Positions 53,153-60,990 of a stretch of 64,000 nt of DNA are shown piece after piece. The stretch is from positions 164,973 through 228,972 of IMG/VR virus record IMGVR_UViG_3300032293_002041; one strand, written 5' to 3'. The position numbers and the translations under genes were made by a program. The notes under the pieces are model-generated. The model saw only the letters and a list, made by a program, of their open reading frames with translations, was not told the DNA's origin and made no database searches. Positions within the stretch are counted from its first letter, which is position 1. Every line of letters begins with the position of its first letter.

Positions 53153-53773
53153 ATGAAGATAACAAGAGATCGAAGTCCCTTTTTCTTTGTACACACCTAT
53201 AAAAACTTAGGAACCACTGTTATTTCACAGCTGCATGAGGAATACAGAGTTAGGTTTTTTGGAAATAAGACATTAGATACTTGGGAAATTGAAAATGAAG
53301 AATCATTAGATCATGAAACAAAAGCAAATTTGTTTAAGGAAAAAGATAAACTTATATCTATAGATCATATCAAAATCGATGAATTGCTAAGTTTGGGAAT
53401 TCTGGACGAATGGGATCTGAATAATAGAAGATTTTTGTCTATTGTTAGGGAACCGATAAGTAGATTCTTATCTATGTGTAATTACTTAAAAAAACATCCA
53501 AAAGAAATGATGAGATATTTAAAACCTTGGCATAAACAAACTTCGTCTTTTGAATCAGCTCATCCTATTGATGTTACTTTAATGCTGATGGAAAAACCAA
53601 AATTGATAGAACAGTGGTTTGAGCAATTTAATCTTAAAATAACACTAGATAAAAAACTCAATGTTAGTAACAAACAATATTTTGTTGATGATATTTGTAA
53701 AGAAGACTTAGAAAAAATAAAGAAATTTTTTGAAGACGATTTTAAGCTTTATGAAAAATTAAAAAATAAATAG
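53153..53773 (+). CDS. Sulfotransferase family 2-like protein
   Basis: FFFVHTYKNLGTT (variant 5'-PSB loop), VREPISRFLS, NVS, YFEDD-like tail. Confidence 0.7.
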   Translation: MKITRDRSPFFFVHTYKNLGTTVISQLHEEYRVRFFGNKTLDTWEIENEESLDHETKANLFKEKDKLISIDHIKIDELLSLGILDEWDLNNRRFLSIVREPISRFLSMCNYLKKHPKEMMRYLKPWHKQTSSFESAHPIDVTLMLMEKPKLIEQWFEQFNLKITLDKKLNVSNKQYFVDDICKEDLEKIKKFFEDDFKLYEKLKNK

Positions 53774-53784
53774 GGTCTTGTATT

Positions 53785-54633
53785 ATGAAAATAGCATTCT
53801 TTGGAGCTTCAATAACTCAGCAAAAAACTGGCTATGTTAGCTTTTTTAAGAATCTGAATCAGAATTATTTTGTTAGTCAATTCGGATATGGAGGTATGAA
53901 TATTAGTGATGCGGGGGTTTGTTATATAGATGGGGTAATTCGGTCAAATCCTAATTATTGTTTTTTAGATTGGTTTAGTCCAGAATGCTATAGACCTCCA
54001 AAAAAGATCGATATATACGTTGATGTTTTAGTGGAAAAATTATTAACTATTGATTGTTATCCTATTTTCTTGTTCTTCTATAGGAAAGATATGGATCGTG
54101 GGTGGTTTGATATGTTTGAGCATTTAAAAAGCTATGGGCAAAAATATTCTATAAATAGTATTGATTTATCAAAACTGGAAAATGCTTCTGATTATCTGAG
54201 AGATTCTATTCATACTAATGATCTTGGATCAGAAAAGTATGGGTCAATTATTAGTGAAACATTTCATAATATGACTTTTCAAAAAAACTTTATTATTCCA
54301 GAGAAAAATAGATTGAGCAGAATAACCTCTATCAATTTGGGAATTGTGGCTAAAGAGTATGTTAAGCTTAAAAGTTCTGGATTTTCTAGTATTGTGGGAA
54401 TTTTACAAAAAGTGGGGCCTTATAGTGGTGGGGTCATTTGTATTAGTGGAGGTAAAGAGAGTATGGTGGATTTGAAAGATAAGTGGTCAGAAAGATATGA
54501 ACGGAAAACTATTAAGTTTAATATTGATACATTTTGTGGCGAGTTGGTTGTGAAGGTGTCAGAATCTAATAAGTTGGTGTGGGAAGAGCTATTTTATACG
54601 GGCGATCCTATTGAGTTGGTGGAATATGTATGA
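53785..54633 (+). CDS. SGNH/GDSL hydrolase-family protein
   Basis: IAFFGASIT block I; DSIHTN block V. Confidence 0.75.
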   Translation: MKIAFFGASITQQKTGYVSFFKNLNQNYFVSQFGYGGMNISDAGVCYIDGVIRSNPNYCFLDWFSPECYRPPKKIDIYVDVLVEKLLTIDCYPIFLFFYRKDMDRGWFDMFEHLKSYGQKYSINSIDLSKLENASDYLRDSIHTNDLGSEKYGSIISETFHNMTFQKNFIIPEKNRLSRITSINLGIVAKEYVKLKSSGFSSIVGILQKVGPYSGGVICISGGKESMVDLKDKWSERYERKTIKFNIDTFCGELVVKVSESNKLVWEELFYTGDPIELVEYV

Positions 54634-55333
54634 AAACATGATTTTTATATGTGGGTGTGGTCATTCTGGTACTACCATTTTAAATAAGATAATGAGTAAT
54701 CATAGAAATATTTATGGATTAGATTATGAGACTGGAATTTTTGTAAAATATAAGGGTGAAAAGCTAAATAGTGAAATTGATAAGTTAGATAAACAAAGAA
54801 AGTTATGCAAGAAAAGGTGGGTGTGTGAGAAGACTCCGGGACATGTTTATCATATAGATAATATATTTCAATTGGTAAGGTCTCCGAAAGTTATTGTGCT
54901 GGTGAGAGATGGACGAGATGTTGTGTGTAGTTTGCATAAAAGATATAGCAATTTTGAGTTTAGCATTAACAGATGGATAAAAGATAATCAGGAGTGGTTA
55001 AATAGTGAACATGGGGGCGAGTTACATGTGCTAAAATATGAAGACTTCGTGAAAAGACCTGGGGCTGAGCTTAGAAAGATATGTTCTTATCTAGAAGAAG
55101 ACTATGATGATGAAATGTTAAACTATCCTAAAGAAGAATTAGTATTACCAGAAGATATCTTTGACAAAGAAATTAGCGGAGAATATCATAGACTATTGAG
55201 ATTATATCAAATCAATCAGAATCTATATGATGGAAGCAAAAGATATTTGAAAGATCTTAATAAGGAGCAGATGAATCAGTTGTTTCTGAATGAATCTTTC
55301 GTGACTCTGATGACAAAATTAGGATACCTCTGA
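54626..55333 (+). CDS. Sulfotransferase (Sulfotransfer_3-like)
   Basis: FICGCGHSGTT, EKTP, VRDGRDV..S, KYEDFV..P..ELRKICSYL. Confidence 0.85.
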   Translation: MYENMIFICGCGHSGTTILNKIMSNHRNIYGLDYETGIFVKYKGEKLNSEIDKLDKQRKLCKKRWVCEKTPGHVYHIDNIFQLVRSPKVIVLVRDGRDVVCSLHKRYSNFEFSINRWIKDNQEWLNSEHGGELHVLKYEDFVKRPGAELRKICSYLEEDYDDEMLNYPKEELVLPEDIFDKEISGEYHRLLRLYQINQNLYDGSKRYLKDLNKEQMNQLFLNESFVTLMTKLGYL

Positions 55334-55416
55334 TAAAAACTCAAGAGTGGTATGCTGCTGGTCGATAATAGTAGTGTGGAAATCGGTCAATTTACTTTAT
55401 TAAACGGGGATTTTTT

Positions 55417-55713
55417 ATGAAAAAGGCTTTAGTTCTAGCATCATTAGTCCTAGGTATTGGTGCAGGAGAGACTTGTATGGGAGGTGATTGGGTGCCGATG
55501 ACTCAGGTAGTTCAAAAGGTGGAATATGTTCCATACTACTATTCTGTTCCGGCTGTAACTATGGTTCCGTTGGTTACTTATTATGCTCCGGTGGTAAAGT
55601 ATGAGAATGTGATGGTGGAAACTCAGAGTTGGTGTCTTTTAAAGAAATATCAGATGGTAACGGTGCCAAAAGTAGTTTATGTTCCTATAAGCCAGGGGCC
55701 TTATAGGTACTAG
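55417..55713 (+). CDS. Small secreted V/P/Y-rich protein
   Basis: Signal-peptide-like MKKALVLASLVLGIGAG. Confidence 0.6.
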   Translation: MKKALVLASLVLGIGAGETCMGGDWVPMTQVVQKVEYVPYYYSVPAVTMVPLVTYYAPVVKYENVMVETQSWCLLKKYQMVTVPKVVYVPISQGPYRY

Positions 55714-55827
55714 GGGCTATCATTATAGATTAGGTATTACATTTGTTTTAAGACCTACCTACTATTTGTCCACCTCCTGGGATTTTCCGAATACTTCTGC
55801 ATATACCATAAAAAACCAGAAAAACCC

Positions 55828-55909
55828 CCTAACCCTATGGTACGTAGGCACTTAGGGGCTATATGATGGGCAAAATTTGACGTAAGTGCTTATGCTGTAT
55901 GGATTTATG
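55828..55909. repeat. 82-bp cassette element E1 (eroded core)
   Basis: CCTAACCCTATG-GTACG-TAGGCACTTAGG / ggctatatgatgggcaaaatttga / CGTAAGTGCTTA-TGCTG-TATGGATTTATG. Confidence 0.8.
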
Positions 55910-55972
55910 ACTAATTTGAAGAATTTTTGTGTTTGGCATGAAATTATATTTGAAAAAATCCAAAGATTTCTC

Positions 55973-56000
55973 TTGAAAGTGTCGATAAATACTGTATAAT
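55973..56000 (+). promoter_or_regulatory. sigma70-type promoter with GTCGATA box
   Basis: TTGAAA-N16-TATAAT. Confidence 0.7.
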
Positions 56001-56040
56001 GAAAGCACAAGAGAACAAGAGACAAAAAGAGGACAAGAAA

Positions 56041-56274
56041 ATGGAAAACCTGATCGTTCTGAACACTGTGGCTGAGTTGATTGAGTTCCTTGACAACACC
56101 AGCCTTGATACCTTGGTTGGACGGGTTGCTTTTGCTTCCGATCTTCTCGATCATGTTCGTGCGAGCGGATACAACCAGATTGCAATCGACGACGAACTGG
56201 GCTTTATGGACGATGGTGGTTGGATCGAGATTGACGAGATGGGTTATGTTGTGGATGATTTTGCGGTCAACTGA
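56041..56274 (+). CDS. Small acidic protein (paralog of 56657..56896)
   Basis: ATG after purine-rich leader; MENLIVLNTVAEL...DTLVG. Confidence 0.75.
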   Translation: MENLIVLNTVAELIEFLDNTSLDTLVGRVAFASDLLDHVRASGYNQIAIDDELGFMDDGGWIEIDEMGYVVDDFAVN

Positions 56275-56288
56275 TTATCTGTACAGTA

Positions 56289-56317
56289 TTGACAACGCCC
56301 ACCAAACACAGTAGGAT
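56289..56317 (+). promoter_or_regulatory. sigma70-type promoter for a leaderless gene
   Basis: TTGACA-N17-TAGGAT, ATG 6 nt later. Confidence 0.6.
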
Positions 56318-56323
56318 ACAGAC

Positions 56324-56473
56324 ATGACAATTCAAGTTCAAAACACGATTCGCCGCTTAGTTGCTCGACATGGATATTCTGCTACGTTTGTACAGCACAT
56401 GGGCGAGGGTATCTGTCTGTACAGTATCGGTGGCATCATGTATCGCATTCGTGGTGACGGTACGATTCTGTAA
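56324..56473 (+). CDS. 49-aa hypothetical protein (MTIQVQNTIRRLVARHG...)
   Basis: Manually translated; fits exactly between promoter and E2. Confidence 0.65.
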   Translation: MTIQVQNTIRRLVARHGYSATFVQHMGEGICLYSIGGIMYRIRGDGTIL

Positions 56474-56475
56474 GA

Positions 56476-56557
56476 CGTAAAGCCTTACGACGTAAGGAGT
56501 TATGGTTTGCCGGGCGGGCCGAATTCGACGTAACTACTTATGAAACATAGACTTACG
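56476..56557. repeat. 82-bp cassette element E2
   Basis: CGTAAAGCCTTA-CGACG-TAAGGAGTTATG / gtttgccgggcgggccgaattcga / CGTAACTACTTA-TGAAA-CATAGACTTACG. Confidence 0.95.
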
Positions 56558-56590
56558 ACAACCTTACGAAATTGTAAGGAAACTTTTCGC

Positions 56591-56618
56591 TTGCAAGCTA
56601 AAGAATCTTCTGTATAAT
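56591..56618 (+). promoter_or_regulatory. sigma70-type promoter, GTCGATA box just downstream of -10
   Basis: TTGCAA-N16-TATAAT-GTCGATA. Confidence 0.7.
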
Positions 56619-56656
56619 GTCGATATAAGAGTAAGAGACAACAAGAGGACAAGAAA

Positions 56657-56896
56657 ATGATCACCATCAACAACCGCGACGAACTGAACAACCTCCTCTA
56701 CGGAGAGGGTTCCACCATGCCCGACACTCTTGTTGGGATTGCTCGCATCGGTGGTGAGTTGCTGTCTGAGGCTCTGACTCACGATCTGAGGGATGGTACC
56801 TTCCACATCGGAGATTTCTTTCCCTGTGGTGATGAGGGTGAGGGGATCACCGTTGACCGGGACGGAAACATTCTGGAAGATTTTCTTTACTACTAA
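56657..56896 (+). CDS. Small acidic protein (paralog of 56041..56274)
   Basis: MITINNRDELNNLL...DTLVG...ITVDRDGNILEDF. Confidence 0.75.
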   Translation: MITINNRDELNNLLYGEGSTMPDTLVGIARIGGELLSEALTHDLRDGTFHIGDFFPCGDEGEGITVDRDGNILEDFLYY

Positions 56897-56900
56897 GGTA

Positions 56901-56930
56901 TTGACAACGGAATAGCCGATACTGTATAAT
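56901..56930 (+). promoter_or_regulatory. sigma70-type promoter
   Basis: TTGACA-N18-TATAAT with GCCGATA in the spacer. Confidence 0.7.
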
Positions 56931-56962
56931 AGAACCAACACAAGAGAAAAGGAAAAAGAAAC

Positions 56963-57112
56963 ATGGAAAACGTCGTTACCGTCTACTTCACTTCTGACTG
57001 CTGCAATTGCGAAATGACCTTTGCTCAGGCCGATTACGGTATCTGCCCTAGCTGTGGAGAACACTGCGAGGTTATCGGGGAGGAAGTATCCGAAGATAAT
57101 GGGGAGTATTGA
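56963..57112 (+). CDS. 49-aa Zn-ribbon-like protein
   Basis: Manually translated; SDCCNC...CPSCGEHC. Confidence 0.7.
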   Translation: MENVVTVYFTSDCCNCEMTFAQADYGICPSCGEHCEVIGEEVSEDNGEY

Positions 57113-57119
57113 GGCTTGA

Positions 57120-57201
57120 CGTAAAGCCTTATGTGGTAAAGACTTACGACTTGCCGGGCGGGCCGAATTCGACGTAAGTACTTGACAGATAACGACTTAC
57201 G
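57120..57201. repeat. 82-bp cassette element E3
   Basis: CGTAAAGCCTTA-TGTGG-TAAAGACTTACG / acttgccgggcgggccgaattcga / CGTAAGTACTTG-ACAGA-TAACGACTTACG. Confidence 0.95.
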
Positions 57202-57205
57202 ACAA

Positions 57206-57222
57206 TTGGCACGGTATTTGCT
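57206..57222 (+). promoter_or_regulatory. sigma54 (-24/-12) consensus site
   Basis: TTGGCACG-GTAT-TTGCT. Confidence 0.5.
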
Positions 57223-57269
57223 ATGAGAAACCTTACGAAAATGTAAGGAAAGTTTTCTACTGTAGGGTA

Positions 57270-57298
57270 TTGACGTTGGACGATAATGTATGTATAAT
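57270..57298 (+). promoter_or_regulatory. sigma70-type promoter with GACGATAAT box
   Basis: TTGACG-N17-TATAAT. Confidence 0.8.
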
Positions 57299-57335
57299 GA
57301 TGACACAAGAGAACGGTAACGCAAAGGAAAAGAAA

Positions 57336-57554
57336 ATGAGCAATGTATCTTTCGACATGGTGATGGCTGGCGTTCGACAGGTGTTCGGCAAGGAATCGTA
57401 TCGTGTTCGCGTCGTCCACTCTGGTGCGTATACGCGAGTCGAGTCAAAAGAGATGCTTCACTCTGTCACGATCAAGTCGAATGATACGATCATGGAAAAG
57501 CTGAATGAGCTGTTCTATGATGTGGTGTGTGAAGATTGTGCGTCGGGCATCTAG
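57336..57554 (+). CDS. 72-aa hypothetical protein (MSNVSFDMVMAG...)
   Basis: ATG after purine leader. Confidence 0.7.
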   Translation: MSNVSFDMVMAGVRQVFGKESYRVRVVHSGAYTRVESKEMLHSVTIKSNDTIMEKLNELFYDVVCEDCASGI

Positions 57555-57556
57555 GC

Positions 57557-57586
57557 TTGACAAGACAGTAGCGTATACGGTATAAT
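57557..57586 (+). promoter_or_regulatory. sigma70-type promoter
   Basis: TTGACA-N18-TATAAT. Confidence 0.7.
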
Positions 57587-57614
57587 ACCACCAACACAAG
57601 AAAGAGAGTTGAGT

Positions 57615-57773
57615 ATGTTTGAAATCGGAGAAAATGTTCGTTGCGGTGGTGTTGTGGGTCAGATTGTTGGCGTTCGATATGATCGACACGATCATGTCGC
57701 AACATGGACGATTGCTGTGAATCACAGTGACGAAGTCATTACTGCGGAAACTAACGAAATAGAAACCCTCTAA
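57615..57773 (+). CDS. 52-aa SH3/KOW-like beta-barrel protein
   Basis: Manually translated; MFEIGENVRCGGVVGQIVGV. Confidence 0.7.
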   Translation: MFEIGENVRCGGVVGQIVGVRYDRHDHVATWTIAVNHSDEVITAETNEIETL

Positions 57774-57792
57774 GCAAGAGAAAGAGAAAAAG

Positions 57793-58008
57793 ATGCTTCA
57801 GACCAACTGCAAAACTGTGACGAACAACCTTGACAAGATTTTCGCTGCTATGCGAGCTGGCAAGTATCACTGTGTGATCGACCCAAGGGGTAATGCTCAT
57901 GTGGGCCTTATCAACAGCATCATGCGTGAAGATGGTAGCGGAAAGAATTGGATCGTGACGGTGACCAGCCGTACAGTAAGTGAAAAGGTGTTCATTCACG
58001 CTTCGTGA
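57793..58008 (+). CDS. 71-aa hypothetical protein
   Basis: Purine leader; TGA directly abuts E4. Confidence 0.75.
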   Translation: MLQTNCKTVTNNLDKIFAAMRAGKYHCVIDPRGNAHVGLINSIMREDGSGKNWIVTVTSRTVSEKVFIHAS

Positions 58009-58090
58009 CGTAAACCCCTACCCTATAAGCACTTAGGGCTAGGCGGGCGGGCCGATTTTGACGTAAGTGTTTGCCATATAACGACTTACG
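58009..58090. repeat. 82-bp cassette element E4
   Basis: CGTAAACCCCTA-CCCTA-TAAGCACTTAGG / gctaggcgggcgggccgattttga / CGTAAGTGTTTG-CCATA-TAACGACTTACG. Confidence 0.95.
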
Positions 58091-58134
58091 GCAACCTTGC
58101 AGTATTGTAAGAAAACTTTTTCTGCTGTAGGCTA

Positions 58135-58163
58135 TTGACATTTGACGATAATAGATGTATAAT
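58135..58163 (+). promoter_or_regulatory. sigma70-type promoter with GACGATAAT box
   Basis: TTGACA-N17-TATAAT. Confidence 0.85.
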
Positions 58164-58185
58164 GATAGCACAAGAAAGAGGTGAG

Positions 58186-58350
58186 ATGATGGATTTCGAA
58201 ATTGGCAATAAGGTGATGGTAGGTGGGATTCAGGACAAGGGTACGATCATCGGATGGTTCTTCGATGAGGGGAATATGTGGGTTGTGCAGTTCCCCAACG
58301 GTCTGACCATCGACTGTTTTGAGCAAGAGCTGACCAAGATTGGCTCTTGA
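58186..58350 (+). CDS. 54-aa SH3/KOW-like protein
   Basis: MMDFEIGNKVMVGG...FDEGNMWVV; TGA lies inside the next TTGACA. Confidence 0.75.
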   Translation: MMDFEIGNKVMVGGIQDKGTIIGWFFDEGNMWVVQFPNGLTIDCFEQELTKIGS

Positions 58351-58375
58351 CAAGTACCTAACCCCTAGCTACAAT
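58347..58375 (+). promoter_or_regulatory. sigma70-type promoter
   Basis: TTGACA-N17-TACAAT. Confidence 0.75.
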
Positions 58376-58400
58376 TCAATCACAAGAAAGAGAGAAACTA

Positions 58401-58514
58401 ATGATTACGGTTATCGAATACGTTCAGCTGTTTGCCTTGATTGCTTTTGCTGGTTTCATTTCGTATACTGTTCACGAAGTGGCTAATGCTATCGATTCCA
58501 TTCTTCACGACTGA
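58401..58514 (+). CDS. 37-aa single-pass membrane peptide
   Basis: Manually translated; LFALIAFAGFISY. Confidence 0.6.
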   Translation: MITVIEYVQLFALIAFAGFISYTVHEVANAIDSILHD

Positions 58515-58557
58515 GGGAACTATGTCTCTGAAACATTGCTCATCGCAGGGGAACGTT

Positions 58558-58716
58558 ATGATTGCCAAAACTCTATCTGGTACTGACGTTACCATAAACG
58601 ACAGCGATATCGTTATTGTGGACGGTAAGCCCGTTATCGTGTTTTTCGTTGTTGACAGCAACGGACAGCATGGTATATTCAATCAGAACCAGTTGACCGA
58701 TTACAAAGAGGTTTGA
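58558..58716 (+). CDS. 52-aa hypothetical protein (alternative start 58522)
   Basis: MIAKTLSGTDVTIND...; start uncertain. Confidence 0.5.
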   Translation: MIAKTLSGTDVTINDSDIVIVDGKPVIVFFVVDSNGQHGIFNQNQLTDYKEV

Positions 58717-58718
58717 GT

Positions 58719-59018
58719 ATGACACACAGTGAAGCAGTGAAGATGGTTCGTGGTAAGACCAATAAGGATACTCGCAAGGTTGGCAACAACACCTATGCCT
58801 ACATCCAGGCCGATGGTAGCGTTGCAATAGAGTTGCATGGTACGAATGTCGTGGTGATTTATCCCGACGATACTGTTATGCTCAATAGTGGTGGATGGCA
58901 TACGCACACCACTAAGAAGCGTATCAATCAGTATTCACCCGTACAGGTATGCCAGAAGAACTATGAATGGTACCTGAAAGATGGCACACCATTTGAGGAT
59001 CGTATGGTAGTGAGTTGA
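58719..59018 (+). CDS. 99-aa phage hypothetical protein
   Basis: VAIELHGT.VV...LNSGGW.T.TTK.RIN; TGA abuts E5. Confidence 0.75.
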   Translation: MTHSEAVKMVRGKTNKDTRKVGNNTYAYIQADGSVAIELHGTNVVVIYPDDTVMLNSGGWHTHTTKKRINQYSPVQVCQKNYEWYLKDGTPFEDRMVVS

Positions 59019-59100
59019 TATAAAGCCTTGACCGTAAAGAACTTACGGCGAGGCGGGCGGGCCGGGATCGACGTAAGTGCTTACCCCATAAGGACTTACA
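59019..59100. repeat. 82-bp cassette element E5
   Basis: TATAAAGCCTTG-ACCGT-AAAGAACTTACG / gcgaggcgggcgggccgggatcga / CGTAAGTGCTTA-CCCCA-TAAGGACTTACA. Confidence 0.95.
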
Positions 59101-59143
59101 GTAACCTTACAGCATTGTAAGAAAACTTTTCTATCGTAAAGCA

Positions 59144-59172
59144 TTGACAATGGACGATAATATGTGTAGAAT
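59144..59172 (+). promoter_or_regulatory. sigma70-type promoter with GACGATAAT box
   Basis: TTGACA-N17-TAGAAT. Confidence 0.85.
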
Positions 59173-59197
59173 CATAGGACAAGAAAGAGAGTTTCAA

Positions 59198-59398
59198 ATG
59201 GAAAAGTCGGTTTCGGTTCAAGGTTTTACTCGTTCGCTCCCCACCATCTATCTGTACGACCATGTGGTCCGTCTGAAAAGTGGTGCATCCTACAGGGTGT
59301 CTCGATGCCATTCGCATCGTGAAGTGTACCAATACATGCGTTCACTAGGCTACGATCCTAAGGATATTGTGAGCGTCACTTCGGTGACCCCTAAGTAG
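59198..59398 (+). CDS. 66-aa basic protein (paralog of 60671..60871)
   Basis: MEKSVSVQGFTRSLP... Confidence 0.75.
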   Translation: MEKSVSVQGFTRSLPTIYLYDHVVRLKSGASYRVSRCHSHREVYQYMRSLGYDPKDIVSVTSVTPK

Positions 59399-59404
59399 AG
59401 GGGC

Positions 59405-59432
59405 TTGACGCGGGGGAAAAGTTTGGTAGAAT
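59405..59432 (+). promoter_or_regulatory. sigma70-type promoter
   Basis: TTGACG-N16-TAGAAT. Confidence 0.7.
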
Positions 59433-59455
59433 ACAAAAAAGAGAAAGAGAGAAAA

Positions 59456-59638
59456 ATGAATCCCAACTACTTCCAGCCCACCTTTGAGCAGATGAACACC
59501 AGTACCATTCGGCTTTGGCTGTATGAAGCACAGGTTAGACTGCCCGAATCTACCGGAGCGGTGAGAGATATCCTGTGTGAGGGAATCAAGGGTGCTGCAA
59601 CTGAGCTTCTGTACAGATACAGGCAAGCAAAGGGTTGA
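59456..59638 (+). CDS. 60-aa helical hypothetical protein
   Basis: MNPNYFQPTFEQ...; TGA abuts E6. Confidence 0.7.
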   Translation: MNPNYFQPTFEQMNTSTIRLWLYEAQVRLPESTGAVRDILCEGIKGAATELLYRYRQAKG

Positions 59639-59720
59639 CGCAAAGCCTTACGGCGTAAGCACTTACGTCGAGCCGGGCGGGCCGCTTTTGACGCAAGTCG
59701 TTATGCTGCAACACTTTACG
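59639..59720. repeat. 82-bp cassette element E6
   Basis: CGCAAAGCCTTA-CGGCG-TAAGCACTTACG / tcgagccgggcgggccgcttttga / CGCAAGTCGTTA-TGCTG-CAACACTTTACG. Confidence 0.95.
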
Positions 59721-59727
59721 CTCATCT

Positions 59728-59744
59728 AGCAAATACTGTGCCAA
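59728..59744 (-). promoter_or_regulatory. sigma54 (-24/-12) consensus site, reverse orientation
   Basis: Minus strand TTGGCACA-GTAT-TTGCT. Confidence 0.45.
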
Positions 59745-59807
59745 ACCCAAACAAAATGACGCAAAGTTTTGTCAAAATCTCTTGACAATAAAATCTCTAG
59801 ATTTCTC

Positions 59808-59836
59808 TTGCAAACTCAAGATTGCTCTGGTATAAT
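59808..59836 (+). promoter_or_regulatory. sigma70-type promoter, GACGATA box just downstream of -10
   Basis: TTGCAA-N17-TATAAT-GACGATA. Confidence 0.75.
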
Positions 59837-59876
59837 GACGATATAAGAGATAGAGAAGAAAGAAAGAGAGAAAAGA

Positions 59877-60023
59877 ATGTACGAGATTGGTGATAAGGTT
59901 GTGGTGAATGGATCGGTTGGAAAGATTGTTTCCTATCACTATGATGAGGGAAACGTGTGGACGGTTAGGATGCTCGGTGGGCAGCACTGGGATTTTTGCG
60001 AAAGCGAAATGTCTCCCGCTTGA
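59877..60023 (+). CDS. 48-aa SH3/KOW-like protein
   Basis: Manually translated; MYEIGDKVVVNG...YDEGNVWTV; TGA inside the next TTGACA. Confidence 0.75.
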   Translation: MYEIGDKVVVNGSVGKIVSYHYDEGNVWTVRMLGGQHWDFCESEMSPA

Positions 60024-60048
60024 CAGGAGTTGAGAAAATCGCTACAAT
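60020..60048 (+). promoter_or_regulatory. sigma70-type promoter
   Basis: TTGACA-N17-TACAAT. Confidence 0.75.
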
Positions 60049-60073
60049 GCACTCACAAGAAAGAGAGAAAGAA

Positions 60074-60454
60074 ATGAAAGAAAAGTTCCCTATCATCGAA
60101 AATGCCAAGCGTCAAGCCCGTATGATCTTCAAGGGTATCGCTGTGCCGATGCTTGTGGAAATCCCTGACGATAAGGTTGTGGACGATGTCGATTACGTTT
60201 ACGGTGTGACTGACCACAAGCGTTACGTTGTGAGCGAAAAGGTTCTCAAGTTCAATCGTACCGCACTGAAGAACATTGGCAAGGTTCGCAAGGAAAAGGC
60301 TGACCCCCGATATGTGGGGGGTGAAGATACCATGATCGTTCCGGTTGGCAAGCCGGGAAGTCGTGAGCGTGTTGAAGAACTGACCAGACAGTACGCTGCC
60401 ATTGCTGCTTGTGGTGAAGAAATCAGCCCGTTCAGCTTCAAGGGCGATGAATGA
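60074..60454 (+). CDS. 126-aa hypothetical protein
   Basis: MKEKFPIIENAKRQ...; purine leader. Confidence 0.75.
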   Translation: MKEKFPIIENAKRQARMIFKGIAVPMLVEIPDDKVVDDVDYVYGVTDHKRYVVSEKVLKFNRTALKNIGKVRKEKADPRYVGGEDTMIVPVGKPGSRERVEELTRQYAAIAACGEEISPFSFKGDE

Positions 60455-60487
60455 ACTATCACTACTGCACAAAAGCATAGCAGTTGA

Positions 60488-60569
60488 CGTAAAGCGTTAC
60501 CCTATAAAGACTTAGGGCAAACGCGGCCCGCCTCGCGAAGCGTAAGTGCTTGTGGGGTAATGACTTACG
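60488..60569. repeat. 82-bp cassette element E7 (core inverted)
   Basis: CGTAAAGCGTTA-CCCTA-TAAAGACTTAGG / gcaaacgcggcccgcctcgcgaag / CGTAAGTGCTTG-TGGGG-TAATGACTTACG. Confidence 0.95.
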
Positions 60570-60613
60570 ATAACCTTACGATATTGCAAGGAAAGTTTTT
60601 CTGGCCTAAGCTA

Positions 60614-60642
60614 TTGACAAATGACGATAATACTGGTATAAT
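60614..60642 (+). promoter_or_regulatory. sigma70-type promoter with GACGATAAT box
   Basis: TTGACA-N17-TATAAT. Confidence 0.85.
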
Positions 60643-60670
60643 GATAGAAGAAAGAAAGAGAGAGTTGAAG

Positions 60671-60871
60671 ATGGAAAAGTCAGTTTCAGTCAAGAGTTTC
60701 ACCCGTTCGCTGCCTCCGATCTATACCCACGATTTCATCGTGCGTATGAAAGACGGGAAAGCCTATAAGCTTTCTCGTTGTGGCTCGAATCGTCAAGCCT
60801 ACGAAATCATGCGTTCAAATGGTTTCGATACCAAGGAAATCGTGAGGGTTGACGCCGCCCCTAAGAAGTAG
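60671..60871 (+). CDS. 66-aa basic protein (paralog of 59198..59398)
   Basis: MEKSVSVKSFTRSLP... Confidence 0.75.
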   Translation: MEKSVSVKSFTRSLPPIYTHDFIVRMKDGKAYKLSRCGSNRQAYEIMRSNGFDTKEIVRVDAAPKK

Positions 60872-60943
60872 GGGTTGAGTGTCGTCTCTCCTAATCCTTC
60901 GGATTTGCGGCTGTTGGGTATAGTCAGCCTAAAGACTGGCCTA

Positions 60944-60972
60944 TTGACAAGCCGATAACTATAGTATAGAAT
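60944..60972 (+). promoter_or_regulatory. sigma70-type promoter with GCCGATA box
   Basis: TTGACA-N17-TAGAAT. Confidence 0.75.
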
Positions 60973-60990
60973 GGTGCAAAAAGGGGAGAC

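Noticed and set aside
44073-55333. Giant eukaryotic virus or bacterial chromosome origin of the window
   Set aside because: Glyco genes resemble those types, but terminase, portal, capsid, sigma factor and bacterial promoters indicate a tailed phage.
59782-59787. Extra TTGACA promoter after E6
   Set aside because: No -10 box at 16-18 bp spacing.
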